A stretch of DNA of 64,000 nucleotides from Lepidodermella squamata (taxonomy: Eukaryota; Animalia; Gastrotricha): NCBI GenBank assembly GCA_047495785.1, contig JBLDXI010000009.1:3658001-3722000 (forward strand). Direction: 5' to 3'. The translations under genes and the position numbers were made by a program. Positions 1 to 11,780 of this stretch are shown here, in pieces (the first letter of the stretch is position 1; each line of letters starts with the position of its first letter). A model generated the notes under the pieces. That model had not been told where the DNA came from. It saw only the letters and a list, made by a program, of their open reading frames with translations, and searched no databases.

Positions 1-483
1 GAATGGGATGATAATGAGGTGCTGAGAATGCTGCAAAACAGAATCGGGGCAAATGTTCGACACTTGGACGCAGTTTTTGTACTTTGCACAGCTTCGGAGC
101 GCATTGTTCCTGATTTTTTCAAAAATATCGCGATTATGCTTGATTGGCTTGGCTACAAAAACTCACGAACACGTTTCATGTTTCTTGCAACTAAATCTGA
201 ATCTTTCAACGAAAATAAGATAGCTCAGCTTGGAAATCAATTCCATCGCATATTTCAGGATGAGAAAAACAAGGCTGATAGTAGCAGCAAAATCAAGCGC
301 ATCGATCAGCTCGGTGAATTGTGCTTTGTTGGGTTCCCAGATGAGGCGGTCTTCGCTGGAACCGAAGCTACGCAGCGCAAGGTTACTGAGAACTGGCGAA
401 GAATTCGGCAATTCATCGACGATGCTGGCAATAATCGAATTACTGTTCCGTGGCCGAAAAATCGGCCTTGTAACATCCTGTGA
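1..483 (+). CDS. 3' part of a putative P-loop GTPase-like protein (AIG1/GIMAP-like) ending in a CaaX motif; 5' truncated by window edge
   Basis: Frame is open from base 1 (EWDDNEVLRM...). Hydrophobic strand + TKSE resembles a G4 motif (FMFLATKSE); C-terminus is RPCNIL*. G1/G3 motifs are not in the window. Confidence 0.45.
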   Translation, partial: EWDDNEVLRMLQNRIGANVRHLDAVFVLCTASERIVPDFFKNIAIMLDWLGYKNSRTRFMFLATKSESFNENKIAQLGNQFHRIFQDEKNKADSSSKIKRIDQLGELCFVGFPDEAVFAGTEATQRKVTENWRRIRQFIDDAGNNRITVPWPKNRPCNIL

Positions 484-1993
484 GTGCTTATTTAAAACGA
501 CTGTGCTTGTAGGAGACGCTGTATTGCGACGGTGAAATAAATACTATTGGACAACCATGTGATCAATTTTATCTTAATCATGGAAAATCATGGAATTTTT
601 GGGAACATATACCGTAACGTGTGGTGATTGTGGACACTGTAACTTTGGACACTTTCGGCTTTGCATGTGTTTAGCTTTTCAGGGTTGAACGTTTAAATCG
701 TGGGGGTTTTTGCATAAAATTCTCCGCTTCTTCAGCTTTCGTTTGAAATAAAAATCAAGATTGGAGCTGAAATCGGATTTCAGAAAAAGTTACAAGCAGT
801 TAGACTTTGGGTGCCGTTTTGGGACCCCCCTTTTATCTTTCTAATAATCGATCAGTTTTCAATAAAAAGTTGGCATGAGTGTTCTCCTAACTTTACTCTC
901 CCTATAATCGAAGAAAAAATGGCAATCCGTCGACGCGTTTTAGCAGGGCATTTACCTGAAAAACAGGTGAAAATAGGGGTAATTTTGGCCACTTTTGGAC
1001 GGCCCAAGTATGCGGCTGCGCTGAAAGTATTTTTTTGAACTTCTGAAAAACAGATGATGCGCCATCTGCGTTCATAATTTTTTTTCGAAATCAGACCCAA
1101 CACTCTCAGCAAACCAACGGCTGGTAACGGGTGGTAATGCGTGGGTAACGGCTGTTAACGCGAGGGAAACGCCTCCAGCCGTTATCAAGCGTTTTTTTAG
1201 GGTTAGAGCGCGGCGACCCAGGGTTTTCCACGAGTTATCAGGAATTCATAGGCGTTATTTTTATTGATGTGCTAACGGCTGCATAGTTTGAGTTGGGGTC
1301 GAATTATCAAGCGTTATTTTTTTAACGCTTCAAAAAATCGTAATGCCTGAAAACGCCTAGATGGGCATGAAAATGCTTGGTAATGCCTAAAAATGGCTGA
1401 TGATTACATAACAATGGCCATCCCGCATGCATGCCTCCACATGCAGCAAAAGTTTCTCTTCATTTGCGTTTGTTTCACAATGAAAGTTTCACCAAGTTTA
1501 AAAATCGAGATTTCAAACTGCAAGACCGATTAAGGTCAAAATCTTTCATCGTAAGCCATCGTACTGGGTGTTGTTGGCGCAGAAAATAGCTGACCATGCC
1601 TCTTCAGGGTATATTGCCTATTTTGGACTTCGGCTCTAAATTTATCAATTTTGTTCGGTTGATTTATTAGGCTAATTTGCCGGTGGTTCGCGACAGTGAC
1701 CAGCAAGTCAGTGTTTAAAGGCACCCGGATAAGAGTACCGATGCGATTACGAGGCCAACCTGGTACGCGCGAATTCCGTTTGGTGTGCGATGGTCGAATT
1801 GCCTATTGGCCCGCCGATTTTCGATTTTCGAAGCTCTCTCAGCGCTTTCATCCCGCCTAGTTTGACTTGACAGTCACCATGAGATATTGATGGGACACGG
1901 TTTTCCCGCAGTTTCTACGGCTGCCTACACCATCAAATTTGTAAATTTCAGGTTTACAAATTTCAGGCTCGGTTGAACAGGCGAACAGGATTG

Positions 1994-2262
1994 AAGCCAC
2001 CTTAACGCGCAGCGTTGTTTGAATGACAGTTCGTTTGATAGTTTGAATGTCATCTGTCGCTATGGGCTGTGATTGGCAATATGATTATGAGTTTTCATGT
2101 GAATGAGTGTTCAAGATTGCTAATGTGAACCGCATGTGAAGGTGCAAGCATTACAGCAGCTAGCGCAATAGGGAGCATTAAGGAAACGCGGCTTTCGGCA
2201 CAGTAGCTATAACGCTTGATGCTAGAACGCTGCCTTAGAGCGAAACCAAGTTAAGGTGGCTT
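1994..2262. mobile_element. MITE-like element with 13-bp terminal inverted repeats
   Basis: aagccaccttaac (1994-2006) and gttaaggtggctt (2250-2262). Internal sequence resembles 3937-4100 (ccaccttaacgcg; ctgtgattggcaatatgat). Confidence 0.5.
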
Positions 2263-3393
2263 TTTTTCTCTCTCCTGCCGACTGACTGTCATCGAATTTT
2301 GACAAAACTTAATAGATATCGATGGACTTGAAACAATTTGATGGTGTAGCCGCACGACATAGAGCTTTTTAGATCCAAAATCATTCACCAAAATTCTAAC
2401 TCAATAACAGTTTTCTCGAAATTTGAAGCCTCCACAAAGATGATGCACAGAGGCGGTTAAAAGTTAAGGTAACTTTCCAAAAAAATCAAATTTTTCACGT
2501 ACGGATTACGGCAAAATTTTCCAAATTTCACCGCATAGTTACCTATCACCTCCTGCACCACTTCATCACACTTTCTTACTCGTGCTATTACTTTTACCAA
2601 CAAAAATTCGGGCAAATTTCAGGAAAACCCCTTTGAATTCTCAGTCGCTTGCCGATTATACGAGATTCTATCCACATACTGATGGTTGCTTGAATCGGAG
2701 TCTGGAAAAATCATATGCGAAAAATCATAAACACAGTACAAAGTTATATCTTATGACCTGAGCAGCTTCGGCATGATTTCGATAACTAAATTTTCCCAAT
2801 TTTTAAGCTAGGATGAGGCAAGATTTAGCCTGAAGTAGCCCAGGAGACAGCAGATGAGTTCCCATTATTCACCTGAAAATGACTGGAATCGCACCAAATC
2901 GCACCAAATCAATGGCAGGTATTGGCCATTAATGATGATTTTCTGATGATTTATGACGAAATTTATACGTAAACCCTCGAAACGAGGGGCTCTTCTAAAA
3001 TGTAACTATTTGAAGTGAGATAAATAATGGGATTTTCAAGACTTTTACAATGAATCATCGAAAAAATCGGATGACATTTAACGTTGGGGCATCACTTCTC
3101 TTTAACACTTCAGCTGCCTAATCGCGCGGATTTGCTTCGAAAATCGGGCGGGATTCGAGACCAAGAGGTACTGAAAGCAGCAAAACGGTGCAGCAAGCTG
3201 AAGATTTGCTGTTTACCTTGAAGAAATTAACAGCCAATGCGTTCTCAGCCCAGCGATATGCCGATAGTAAAGTCAGTGGAACAATCGGTTTTAATGACTG
3301 GTTGAAGCGCCGAAAATATAGACTAAGAACTAAGACTTATACTTGATTGCCATTCGCTCTTTCTCATGCATTAATGTATCATTTTTTATGTTG

Positions 3394-3661
3394 GATCAGG
3401 GCGGCCTTAACGCCTGGACGAGTTATCAGGCGCTAGCAAGGATTTACGCCGTGCCCACTCGCGGACTTTGAGTTTTCCGGCCAATTGGCTGGTTGGCCAA
3501 GTCGAAAACCTCACTTAGCCGAGCCTTGAGGCACGTTTGGTGAGGTTTTTCGACTTAGCCGACTGGTCATTTGGCCGAAAAACTCAAAGTCCGCAAGTTG
3601 GCACGGCGTAAATCCTTGCTAGCGCCTGATAACTCGTCCAGGCGTTAAGGTCGCCCTGATC
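3394..3661. repeat. ~270-bp near-perfect palindrome (foldback element)
   Basis: Left arm gatcagggcggccttaacgcctggacgagttatcaggcgctagcaaggatttacgccgtgcc... is the near-exact reverse complement of right arm ...ggcacggcgtaaatccttgctagcgcctgataactcgtccaggcgttaaggtcgccctgatc; arms ~120 bp. Confidence 0.9.
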
Positions 3662-4332
3662 TAACGCCTAATAATGGCTGAAATAAAGAGGAATTTACCT
3701 AACGCCTCGTTAACGCGTAATAAATGCCTGGTTTAACGGTTGATAACTCTTGGATGGGCTGACTTTCAGGGATTATTTAGGCGTTTTCCAAGCATTTCCA
3801 GGAATTTTTTGACTAACGCTTTGAAATTCCTGACTATTCAAAAAACCCAGGCATTTCCCAGCCGTTATTCACGCATTTTCCTAGCCGTTAGACTAACGCG
3901 TTAGGTCCGCAGCCATTTGCAGGCGTTAAAATCGATCCACCTTAACGCGTTAGCTTGCTTAGAGTGAAGATTAAATGAAAAACGATGGAAAACAGATAAT
4001 TCACAATGTAATTGCAATGAAATTGCATATGCATTGGTTGTTTGAATGAATAATGAATGACATCTGCTGCTATAGACTGTGATTGGCAATATGATAATTA
4101 GACAGGATGAATATTCTCGAAAAAAAACGACAGCTTTAGCCAATAAATTGTTTGTTTCGAAAATCGAAGGTGTTTTGGCGTGGGACTGCTTTCGAGGGCA
4201 ATTTCGTGCTGAGATCTACCCATAGGCCTATCGTAGCACGTATTGCCTTGGCCCTATATGCATTGGACTACGGCACGGGAAAAATCGAGATAATTGCCAT
4301 AGGCCTACCGTAGCCCTAAAACTGTCCGACTG

Positions 4333-4800
4333 GCCTGGACGAGATATCAGGCGTCAGCTATGTCGAAAACCTTACTTAGCCGAGCCTTTGCACTCGTTTG
4401 GTGAGGTTTTTCGACTTAGCCGGCTGGCTATTTGGCCGGAAAACTCCAAGTGCGCGAGTTGGCGGGGCGTAAACCTTGCTGGCGCCTCGTGTCCAGGCGT
4501 TAACGTCGCCCTGATCTAACGCCTAATAACGGCTAAAATAAAGATGAATTTTCCTAGCGCATCGTTAATGTGTAGTGTGTAATAAATGCCTGGTTTAACG
4601 GTTGATAACTCTTGGAAGGGCTGAGTTTCAGGAATTATTTAGACATTTTCCAAGCATTTCCAGGAATTGTTGACTAACGCTTTAAAATTCCTGACTATTA
4701 GAAAAACCCTGGCATTTCCCCAGCCGTTCAACTAACGCGTTATGTCCGCAGCCATTTGCATGCGTTAAAATCGATCCACCTTAACGCGTTAGCTTGCTTA
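4333..4800 (+). repeat. Diverged direct copy of ~3410-3961 (palindrome with left-arm deletion plus taacgc-rich tail)
   Basis: Shared blocks gtcgaaaacc..acttagccgagcc, aataaatgcctggtttaacggttgataactcttgga, atcgatccaccttaacgcgttagcttgctta. Confidence 0.85.
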
Positions 4801-5146
4801 CAGTGTATTTTAGGGAACTGCGAAATTTGAAAATTAATGGTTCTGGCTCGTTTGCATACAGCTCATTTGCATATGCATAGGTACTATTTTTTTGACTCAT
4901 TAAGTAGATGAAAACGTAGTAATTATTGTGGCACGCTTATCTTATTTATTTTTTATCATGTTTTAATAAAACATCCATGCGCATGAAATTTGTGCTAAAA
5001 ATTGGAAAAAACATGTCGTAGAATTGATGGAATTTTTTTTCCGGTGATCCTTTTTCCTAAGTTCAGTCCTCACTTTTTTCTCTTCACAGCTAGCGAAAAG
5101 AATACAACAGCTGGTGTGTTTTTCACGGAGATTTGATACCTATTTG

Positions 5147-6478
5147 TCACGCAATAACGTTATACCCACCCCCTGCCAGAGGTGGTTCAGATTCAGCGAA
5201 ATGAACAATCTTGGTGAACATCTTTAACATAGGCGACTGATCATTCGAGGCAACCAATTCACTCAGCAAAAGTTTTCGAACATCGAAAACAGCTTCGATA
5301 CACTCGCGAAACATCAACAGCCTAGCTTTAACCAATGAATTGTCCCTGCCGGAAGCATTCAGCATTTCAGTACGCAGCGCAGCAACTAATTGCCGTTGAA
5401 TTTGCATGACACGAGCATTTCTACCAGAAACATCTATAAACAAACTTAAAATCATCCGCCTCAGCAGTACGCAGGGCCGTACCATGAAAAATTGAGATGC
5501 TCAGCAGGAGCGCGGTCTCCAAGAAAGTCGGGTTGAAAGCGTCGAGTTGCTGCTTCAGATGAATGATTGTCTTCAGCATCCCTTTCTATATCGAGGCGCT
5601 CATTAAAATTTCTTGAGTAAAAAATCATTATTCCACCATTACCATTAGGCGAGGAAATGTATGGCCTATCACTGGCATTACTTCATTCGGCGCTCCCAGC
5701 CACGACGGGTCCGCTGAACTTGGCAAATTGTGATATATTGCTATCATGTGAATCATGGACGAAGCTCGCAACTCGCCGAAGTCTTGTTGCGTAAGATCCG
5801 GGGCAAGATCTGTAACGGAAGAATAAAATAGCCGTAAAATCTGCAATCCAGTTGCGACTCACCTAAAAAGCAGAAGGCGTAATTGTTCAAAAGATCGGCG
5901 GAATAAGAAGCTTGTTGGACTAGTCTCTCTCGTAACTGTGTCGAATCAAGTATCGAGGAATTCTTCATAGGGGCCTTTGGTGCATGTTTTGTTTGAACTG
6001 CTTTCAAAGAAAGAAGGAAAATTTCTTACGAATTCAAGACCATGAAGAAATGTGAAAGCTCGAATCGATCGCATTGCAATTTTCAAAGTTGCATCATGAC
6101 TAACCATCTCAGGAGTCTTACTCAGAATCGGAGAGGAGTCTAGTAGAGCTTGATTTATGCGCGCCATCTTCGCATTTTCACATAGATATTTGCCTGCCGA
6201 AAGATCGAAATTATATTGTTGTAAAAGTAAAATGAAATGTATAGCCAACTCTGCATTCCTCTCGCCAAACAGCGATCGAATCGGCATTTCGCACACATTT
6301 TACGCGCGTAATAGATAGAAGCAACGGATTGGTTTGCCGATCGAAGGTCGTGACGACATTTCAGTTGGTCGTATCGGTGGCAATTACGCCGGAAGAATTT
6401 CTGGCAGGCAAAGCAGGTTCGCGGTTGATAATTCTCCCGCGGTGCTACGAAGCAATCGCAGACAGGACATTTAGTCAT
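5147..6478 (-). CDS. Divergent nuclear hormone receptor (C4 zinc-finger DBD + LBD), 6 exons
   Basis: DBD CPVC-x13-CFACQKFFRR...CAKCRFDRCLARGM. Five short GT-AG introns (6194-6249, 6001-6040, 5810-5862, 5586-5642, 5434-5482) join the ORF pieces in frame. LBD-like PTFLETALLLSISIFHD...QIQRQLVAALR. Confidence 0.85.
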
Positions 6479-6580
6479 GATGCAAAATTAAAAGATAGAC
6501 CTTTGTGCAAAAAAAATAAATACAGTAGGATGACTATAGGACTGTATAATATAGTCCTATGTCCTATATAGTCCTATATA

Positions 6581-6767
6581 TACAGGGTGGCCATGAAATT
6601 CCGCAGAAGGCGAATTCGATGCGCATCATTTTAATGAGGAGTTTCAAGAAATTGAGGAGTTCCATTGACAAAAGAATGCTTGAAATTCTTAAACTTCTTA
6701 AAATTCCTCATTAAATCGATGGGCATTGAATTCATCGCCTTATGCGGAATTTTTCGGCCACCCTATA
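6581..6767. mobile_element. Tc1/mariner-type MITE just upstream of the nuclear receptor
   Basis: TA-cagggtggccatgaaattccgca ... tgcggaatttttcggccaccct-ata; long imperfect inverted arms. Confidence 0.7.
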
Positions 6768-7352
6768 ATAGGATATAAGAGTGTCCGCTACGCTCAAGTG
6801 TGTGCAAGTGTGTGGGATAGTCTCACGTGACCAAGTTCATAAAAAAATTTTGATCTAATAGTGTTAAACGGACGTTATATATCCTACAAATTAAGGAAGC
6901 GCGCTTTGATCGCGATTGGACTCGAGAAAATTAATTAAATAATTATCAAGTTATTATGTCTTCTCTGATTAGTTACCGTAAACACCGAAGGCACTGACTT
7001 CTATTTTTTCAAGCACTCGGCAACCCCTGCCCTCAATTCAGAGTCTGCCTGCAAATAAATTCTAATGAAAAATATTGAAAACCCGAAAGAAAAAATGCTA
7101 TTGCGACATTATTAGGCTGCTAAAACAGAGAGCTGTCCGTTTTAGTGGGTGCTTGAGCCTCGGCTATATACTCTTTCTACATTATCACATTTGTCGATAA
7201 ATTTACGCAAATATTGATTTTATAGAGCATTACTACCTTAAGCCACCTTGGGGTTATTGATAAAAGGCACCTGCCCTCTATTTCGATTCTGCCTATAATT
7301 TTTCGATTAATCCACAATGCCCACAATGTCTGCCCTTTATTTCGGCCCTGCC

Positions 7353-7415
7353 CAGAGTTGTCCTCGGGTCTGAAGTTTTGGACCCGATCCCGATCCCGAC
7401 CCGTGGACAACTCTG
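7353..7415. mobile_element. 63-bp hAT-type MITE with 8-bp TSD
   Basis: TIR cagagttgtcctcgggtc / gacccgtggacaactctg (17/18 match); flanked by direct repeat gccctgcc (7345-7352, 7416-7423). Confidence 0.8.
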
Positions 7416-8237
7416 GCCCTGCCTCATATTTGGGAATTTACGGTATTATTCAGTAAGGGTCTGTTCACAAACCATTCAATTTTAGTATACTTTTTTATAT
7501 ACGACTGAACATCATTAGCAAATCGAATTAGTTTGTGCGCAGCGAAATAGGGAAAATTCGATATAAACAAGTTGCATTGTACTTCCACGCGAGAGCTCCA
7601 TAAAAATCGTTCAGCATGTTTATACTGGCGACAGTCGAATTGAATATTTCAGGTGGGCAATTGCTGCTCGTTGCTAAATTGCTAAATGAAACTGTTGGTG
7701 GTTGTGTTGCTGGTCATTTTGATATTACTCGTGTCGATGTTCTTTTCTGCTATCCAGGTCGCTATACGCTTTATACTCGCGTTATAATTGTTGCGTTTCT
7801 ACTATATGAAAATAATATAGCGATGAAGAATCTATATACTCATTCTTTCTGAATGGCAACTGGCGTCAAAGGGAAAAATAATTCCTCAAAATTTAATAAA
7901 ATTTCACATGTTACAGTCCTTATTCCAGTTCGCATTATTGTCCTTGAAACTAATGTAACGGCCGACTTCAATATATATATTTTTTCCGGAACTTGAAAAA
8001 TAATGAAAATAAATCGGGCAATTATTCGAGGGAGACAATTATTGCCAGGTTGGACTACCTCCTAACCGCAGTCGGAAAAGCTATTCCTAGTCATTTCAGG
8101 CCTCAAGATTTTCCAGGCTTCAACCTGTTTTTCCGCCGCATGGCTATCATTCGAGGCGGGATATTATTTCACCTTAGGAATTAATGGCCATTATTCAAGC
8201 GAAATTATTCGAGGAGGGGGTTATTACTGGGAATAAC

Positions 8238-8519
8238 TTTTTTTATCCGACCAATGACTTTTTTCATCCGACAACGCAAAATGTGACTCAAACCTGCCGA
8301 CTTGATTTTCATATTTTCAAAAACTTACAGCAAAAAGTGACCACTCGGATCGCCATAAACCTTTCGCTATAAAATTCCGCCGGTTCAGGGGCCAAAATAG
8401 GGTTCATGAAAGGTGTATGCCCCTACGGAAAAATCGAGAAAAATTGATATTTTCATGCCGGATGATTTTAGTCAAATTATTGGTTGGCGGATGAAATAAA
8501 ACATTGGTCGGATAAAAAA
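8238..8519. mobile_element. MITE-like inverted-repeat element
   Basis: tttttatccgaccaatg ... cattggtcggataaaaa terminal inverted repeats. Confidence 0.5.
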
Positions 8520-8809
8520 CGTCACACCCTTATTATTGGAGGTAGGATACGGTAGATTCCAAATTAATGAATGTGAAAACAGGAAAATGGAAAAAATCTG
8601 ACCTGATTGCTGATTTTTACCCCTTCATCGGAGTCTAAGCTTGTTGAGTAGTCTACGTCAGCCTAGGGGAGCATTTCTCGGAGCCCATTCGGAACCACAT
8701 CCGGAATTCACAACAATTGCTCCGGAGCCTGAAAAATTTCCAAAAAAGCCTAAAAGTATATTTTTGGCGCTATAACCATCTGACCATTTAAAATAGTGAA
8801 AAATATTAG

Positions 8810-8940
8810 GCACTGCCGAAAACAGAAAATTATTGCTTACTGTCGGAAAAAGTAGATAGGTACTGTGGAAAAAAGACGTTACTGACAAAAAAAGTGATTT
8901 ACTGTCGAAAAAAATTAAAACTACTGTGAAAAAAGATGGG
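8810..8940. repeat. Degenerate ~20-bp minisatellite (tactgt..aaaaaa)
   Basis: Recurring tactgtcggaaaaa / tactgtggaaaaaa / tactgacaaaaa / tactgtcgaaaaaa / tactgtgaaaaa. Confidence 0.55.
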
Positions 8941-9174
8941 TCCAAAAATCATATTATCATAACTATTGTATGGTGCAAATCGATGTGCTAAATTGTTGAT
9001 TCTTAAATAACATTATGTGATATCAACTCCTCGTTTTGGCGCTTTGAAAACATTGCGAAGAAACGCTATATAAAGACAATTTATTAACAAGACAAGGTGA
9101 TATCAGTTTTATCTACTATACACAAGTTATTTTCGATAATTATTATTGCTGTTGCAATGATTGTCGCTGATTTT

Positions 9175-9856
9175 TTAGATTCGACGGAAGCCCTGAAAAA
9201 AAACAAGAAATTATATATTCAGTGGGAAGGAAAGGGATTAAGAGTTATGACTGAAAAAGGTAGAAAGCAAGCGAGCTCATGTGACTTTCCGGAAGAAATA
9301 AAATTTTATCGAACAGATTTACCTTAGCCATAGCTGCTCGCATTCGATCGGTGATATCGCTGTCTTTCATGCGCTTGTTGAGCGAGCGGAGCGGGTGCGG
9401 TCTGTCTAACCGGCGTTTCTGTTCCTCCTGCTCATCGCTTTCGTGTTCGTCGCTTTCTCGTACATCGCTCGCATCACCAGAGAAACGATTTTCATAAGTG
9501 CGCTGGTTGGTGTAACCGTGCAAATCGCCTCGCTTGCTATCCTCGTTTCGCTTGCTGTCCTCGTTTCGCTTGCTATCTTCTCGCTTGCCCAGCGCGATCC
9601 GGCTGGATGGTCGTGCGTCTTTACGCTTTTCCTCTACATGATCTTCTTCCTCGTTGCTTTCATCGGCAAAGAAGTTACCAAAGGCGCGGCGTTTGTCGAA
9701 AAGTTTGTCGTAATTAATCAGGTCCAGCGTTCGCTTGCTGTCTTCGCTACGCTTACTATCTTCGTGACTGTCAAGCATGACAGCCTGACTTGGGGTCGCA
9801 AGCACCATTAAGGCAACAATGGCTGAGATAAAGACAACGGATTTATAGCTATCCAT
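9175..9856 (-). CDS. P1 secreted multi-peptide prepropeptide (2 exons; intron 9193-9322)
   Basis: Signal peptide MDSYKSVVFISAIVALMVLATPSQA; >10 KR/RR sites; 5x EDSKR; SSRIAL-GKR amidation site; RFSGDASDV. AAG|gtaaat...tttcag|GGC gives C-terminus AMAKGFRRI*. Confidence 0.85.
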
Positions 9857-10137
9857 ATTATCCGATAAAAAATTATTTAGTTATAAAATAATAAAAGCAC
9901 CGACTTTAGACAAAAATTCGAAGTTTTTTGCTTTATTAATACCCTTCGTCAAATCAGCTGTCAAAATGTCACAATTTTAACAGGTTCAATTACCAAATAT
10001 CACGTGGTATTGGTTCACCACGCCTCCATGATGTCTGTTTTCGGGAAAGAAGAGCCAAATGATGATCAGATGCAAACATTTTATTACGCAAAATAAATCA
10101 TGTTCATCATCACGGGGCTCAACATTTTTAACCTAGT

Positions 10138-10320
10138 TCATCCGAATACTGGTCGCAGAAGGCGCACAACGCCATGATGATAAGGCCGCTTTTCGATTAT
10201 AGCTGGTACGACGTCGTCATCCATCGTCAGGAATCCGCCCATCAGGGGCCAAGAGTCAGCACCAAAGATTATCAATGGCATTGTCAAGAATGCCAAAAGA
10301 AATATGCGAGAAACTTCCAT
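10138..10320 (-). CDS. P2 prepropeptide (60 aa), predicted PYHHGVVRLLRPVF-amide
   Basis: MEVSRIFLLAFLTMPLIIFGADS signal, acidic spacer, KR, terminal G*. Confidence 0.8.
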   Translation of the reverse strand: MEVSRIFLLAFLTMPLIIFGADSWPLMGGFLTMDDDVVPAIIEKRPYHHGVVRLLRPVFG

Positions 10321-10729
10321 AGCCACGAAATAAGCTATAATTAGCGTAAAAACAAAAATGTCCGAGGTCAAAATACGCAAGTTTCTGTGTTTTAGAAGAA
10401 TGACTATGGCAGAAGGTTTGCGAGTTTTGAGTCGGGCTTATATTTAGGTGTCTGTCCTTTATTCAAGAGTTGTCGAGACAGGCGTGTCCAGAAAACACTT
10501 CGCCGACTATTTGAGTGGAAAAATTATCACGTGGGCGGAAATCATTCAGAGAATCAGGTGAGCAGCACGCCGAGACCCACGCCCCTCCGTACAGAACCCA
10601 TTAAGAGAGACAGTATAATCCCCCGACTTAATATCAGTAATCTATTGATCTGAAAAGACTCGATACAAAAAGAAAACATGTTTTTATTTGTATTTATCGA
10701 AAAACTGGACAACGATGAGCTTTTAATAG

Positions 10730-10957
10730 TCAACTAAAAAATGGCAACATGCGACTTGTCTCGATCGAATTAGACCGCCTCATTAGCATCCCGTCGTCAC
10801 CTGCCACATCGTTGAATTTGACAGCGTTTGGCGAGACAGGAAGCCAGTTTTCAGCGCTGACCAAAGCGAAGTCGCTGTTTAGGCCATCGTTAGGCGTGGG
10901 TGCCGATAAAATAACAGCTGTGAAGGCGATCAGCGTGACCAAAATAACTTTGAACAT
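10730..10957 (-). CDS. P3 prepropeptide (75 aa), box-A variant
   Basis: MFKVILVTLIAFTAVILSAP signal; KFNDVAGD; RR site. Confidence 0.75.
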   Translation of the reverse strand: MFKVILVTLIAFTAVILSAPTPNDGLNSDFALVSAENWLPVSPNAVKFNDVAGDDGMLMRRSNSIETSRMLPFFS

Positions 10958-11456
10958 CTTCGGACCGCTGCACGTGCTCGAACAGGAAACCTTGGACATG
11001 CAGCTTATCAACTGCTAATCCTGCCAAACAAAATGTGTTCTAAAAAAAGTTATACAGCATAGACATAGGATAATGACATAAAAATATTTTCAAGGTTGGA
11101 TTCATAATTCACGCTCGAAAGCTTGAAGAAATCGTGTTGCGAATAGAATGGGCCATGCCTGTGCACATTTGTTCCGCAAACTATGTAATGATAGGTTTCC
11201 ACATGAGCCGCAAATGAAAAAATCGATGTTGAGCCAATTTAGAGTTTTCAGCTCTCATCTTTCAGCCTCATTGTTCTCGCTGTTTGATTACCCTGAGGCC
11301 TTTTCTCACGGAAGAATGAAACTGTGAAACAAAGAAGTGATCCGAATACAACACACATTTTATTAAATTTTCACCGTATTGATTTACAAAGAACTCGAAA
11401 AATAATAAATAGGAATGGCGGTTATATGTTCACAAGGTTGATAACAAATTTGTGGG

Positions 11457-11780
11457 TCAGCGGCGCCTTCCGTAGACCAGCTGAGGAAACTTGACCTTGT
11501 GGCCTTGACGTTTCACGAGACCTTGATCGTCGTCTTCATCTGTGAGCCAAGAGTTTGATCCATCTGCATTGCCTCCATCATTGTTAACATACCGAAAGTC
11601 CGTTTCGATACCATCCGTTTCGCCCGCACCGCCAAACTTCCGCTTGTGCAGGTCTCGATGATGATCTTGAAGATCGTCCAAACTGAACTCAAAAGGCATT
11701 ACATCTTCATCGGCAATAGACGGAACGACGAGATAGCAGAACAATATTGCAGCCATGGAGTAGAAAACTAGCGAAGCCAT
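11457..11780 (-). CDS. P4 prepropeptide (107 aa)
   Basis: Signal; KR-KFGGAGETDG...ADGSNSW; KR-QGHKVKFPQLVY-GRRR (possible pGlu...amide peptide). Confidence 0.85.
   Translation of the reverse strand: MASLVFYSMAAILFCYLVVPSIADEDVMPFEFSLDDLQDHHRDLHKRKFGGAGETDGIETDFRYVNNDGGNADGSNSWLTDEDDDQGLVKRQGHKVKFPQLVYGRRR

Noticed and set aside
5147-6478. Nuclear receptor as a frameshifted pseudogene
   Set aside because: All frame changes are explained by 40-57 nt GT-AG introns.
8810-9780. Short periodic repeats as a CRISPR array
   Set aside because: Eukaryotic context; degenerate minisatellite or coding repeats without unique spacers or cas genes.
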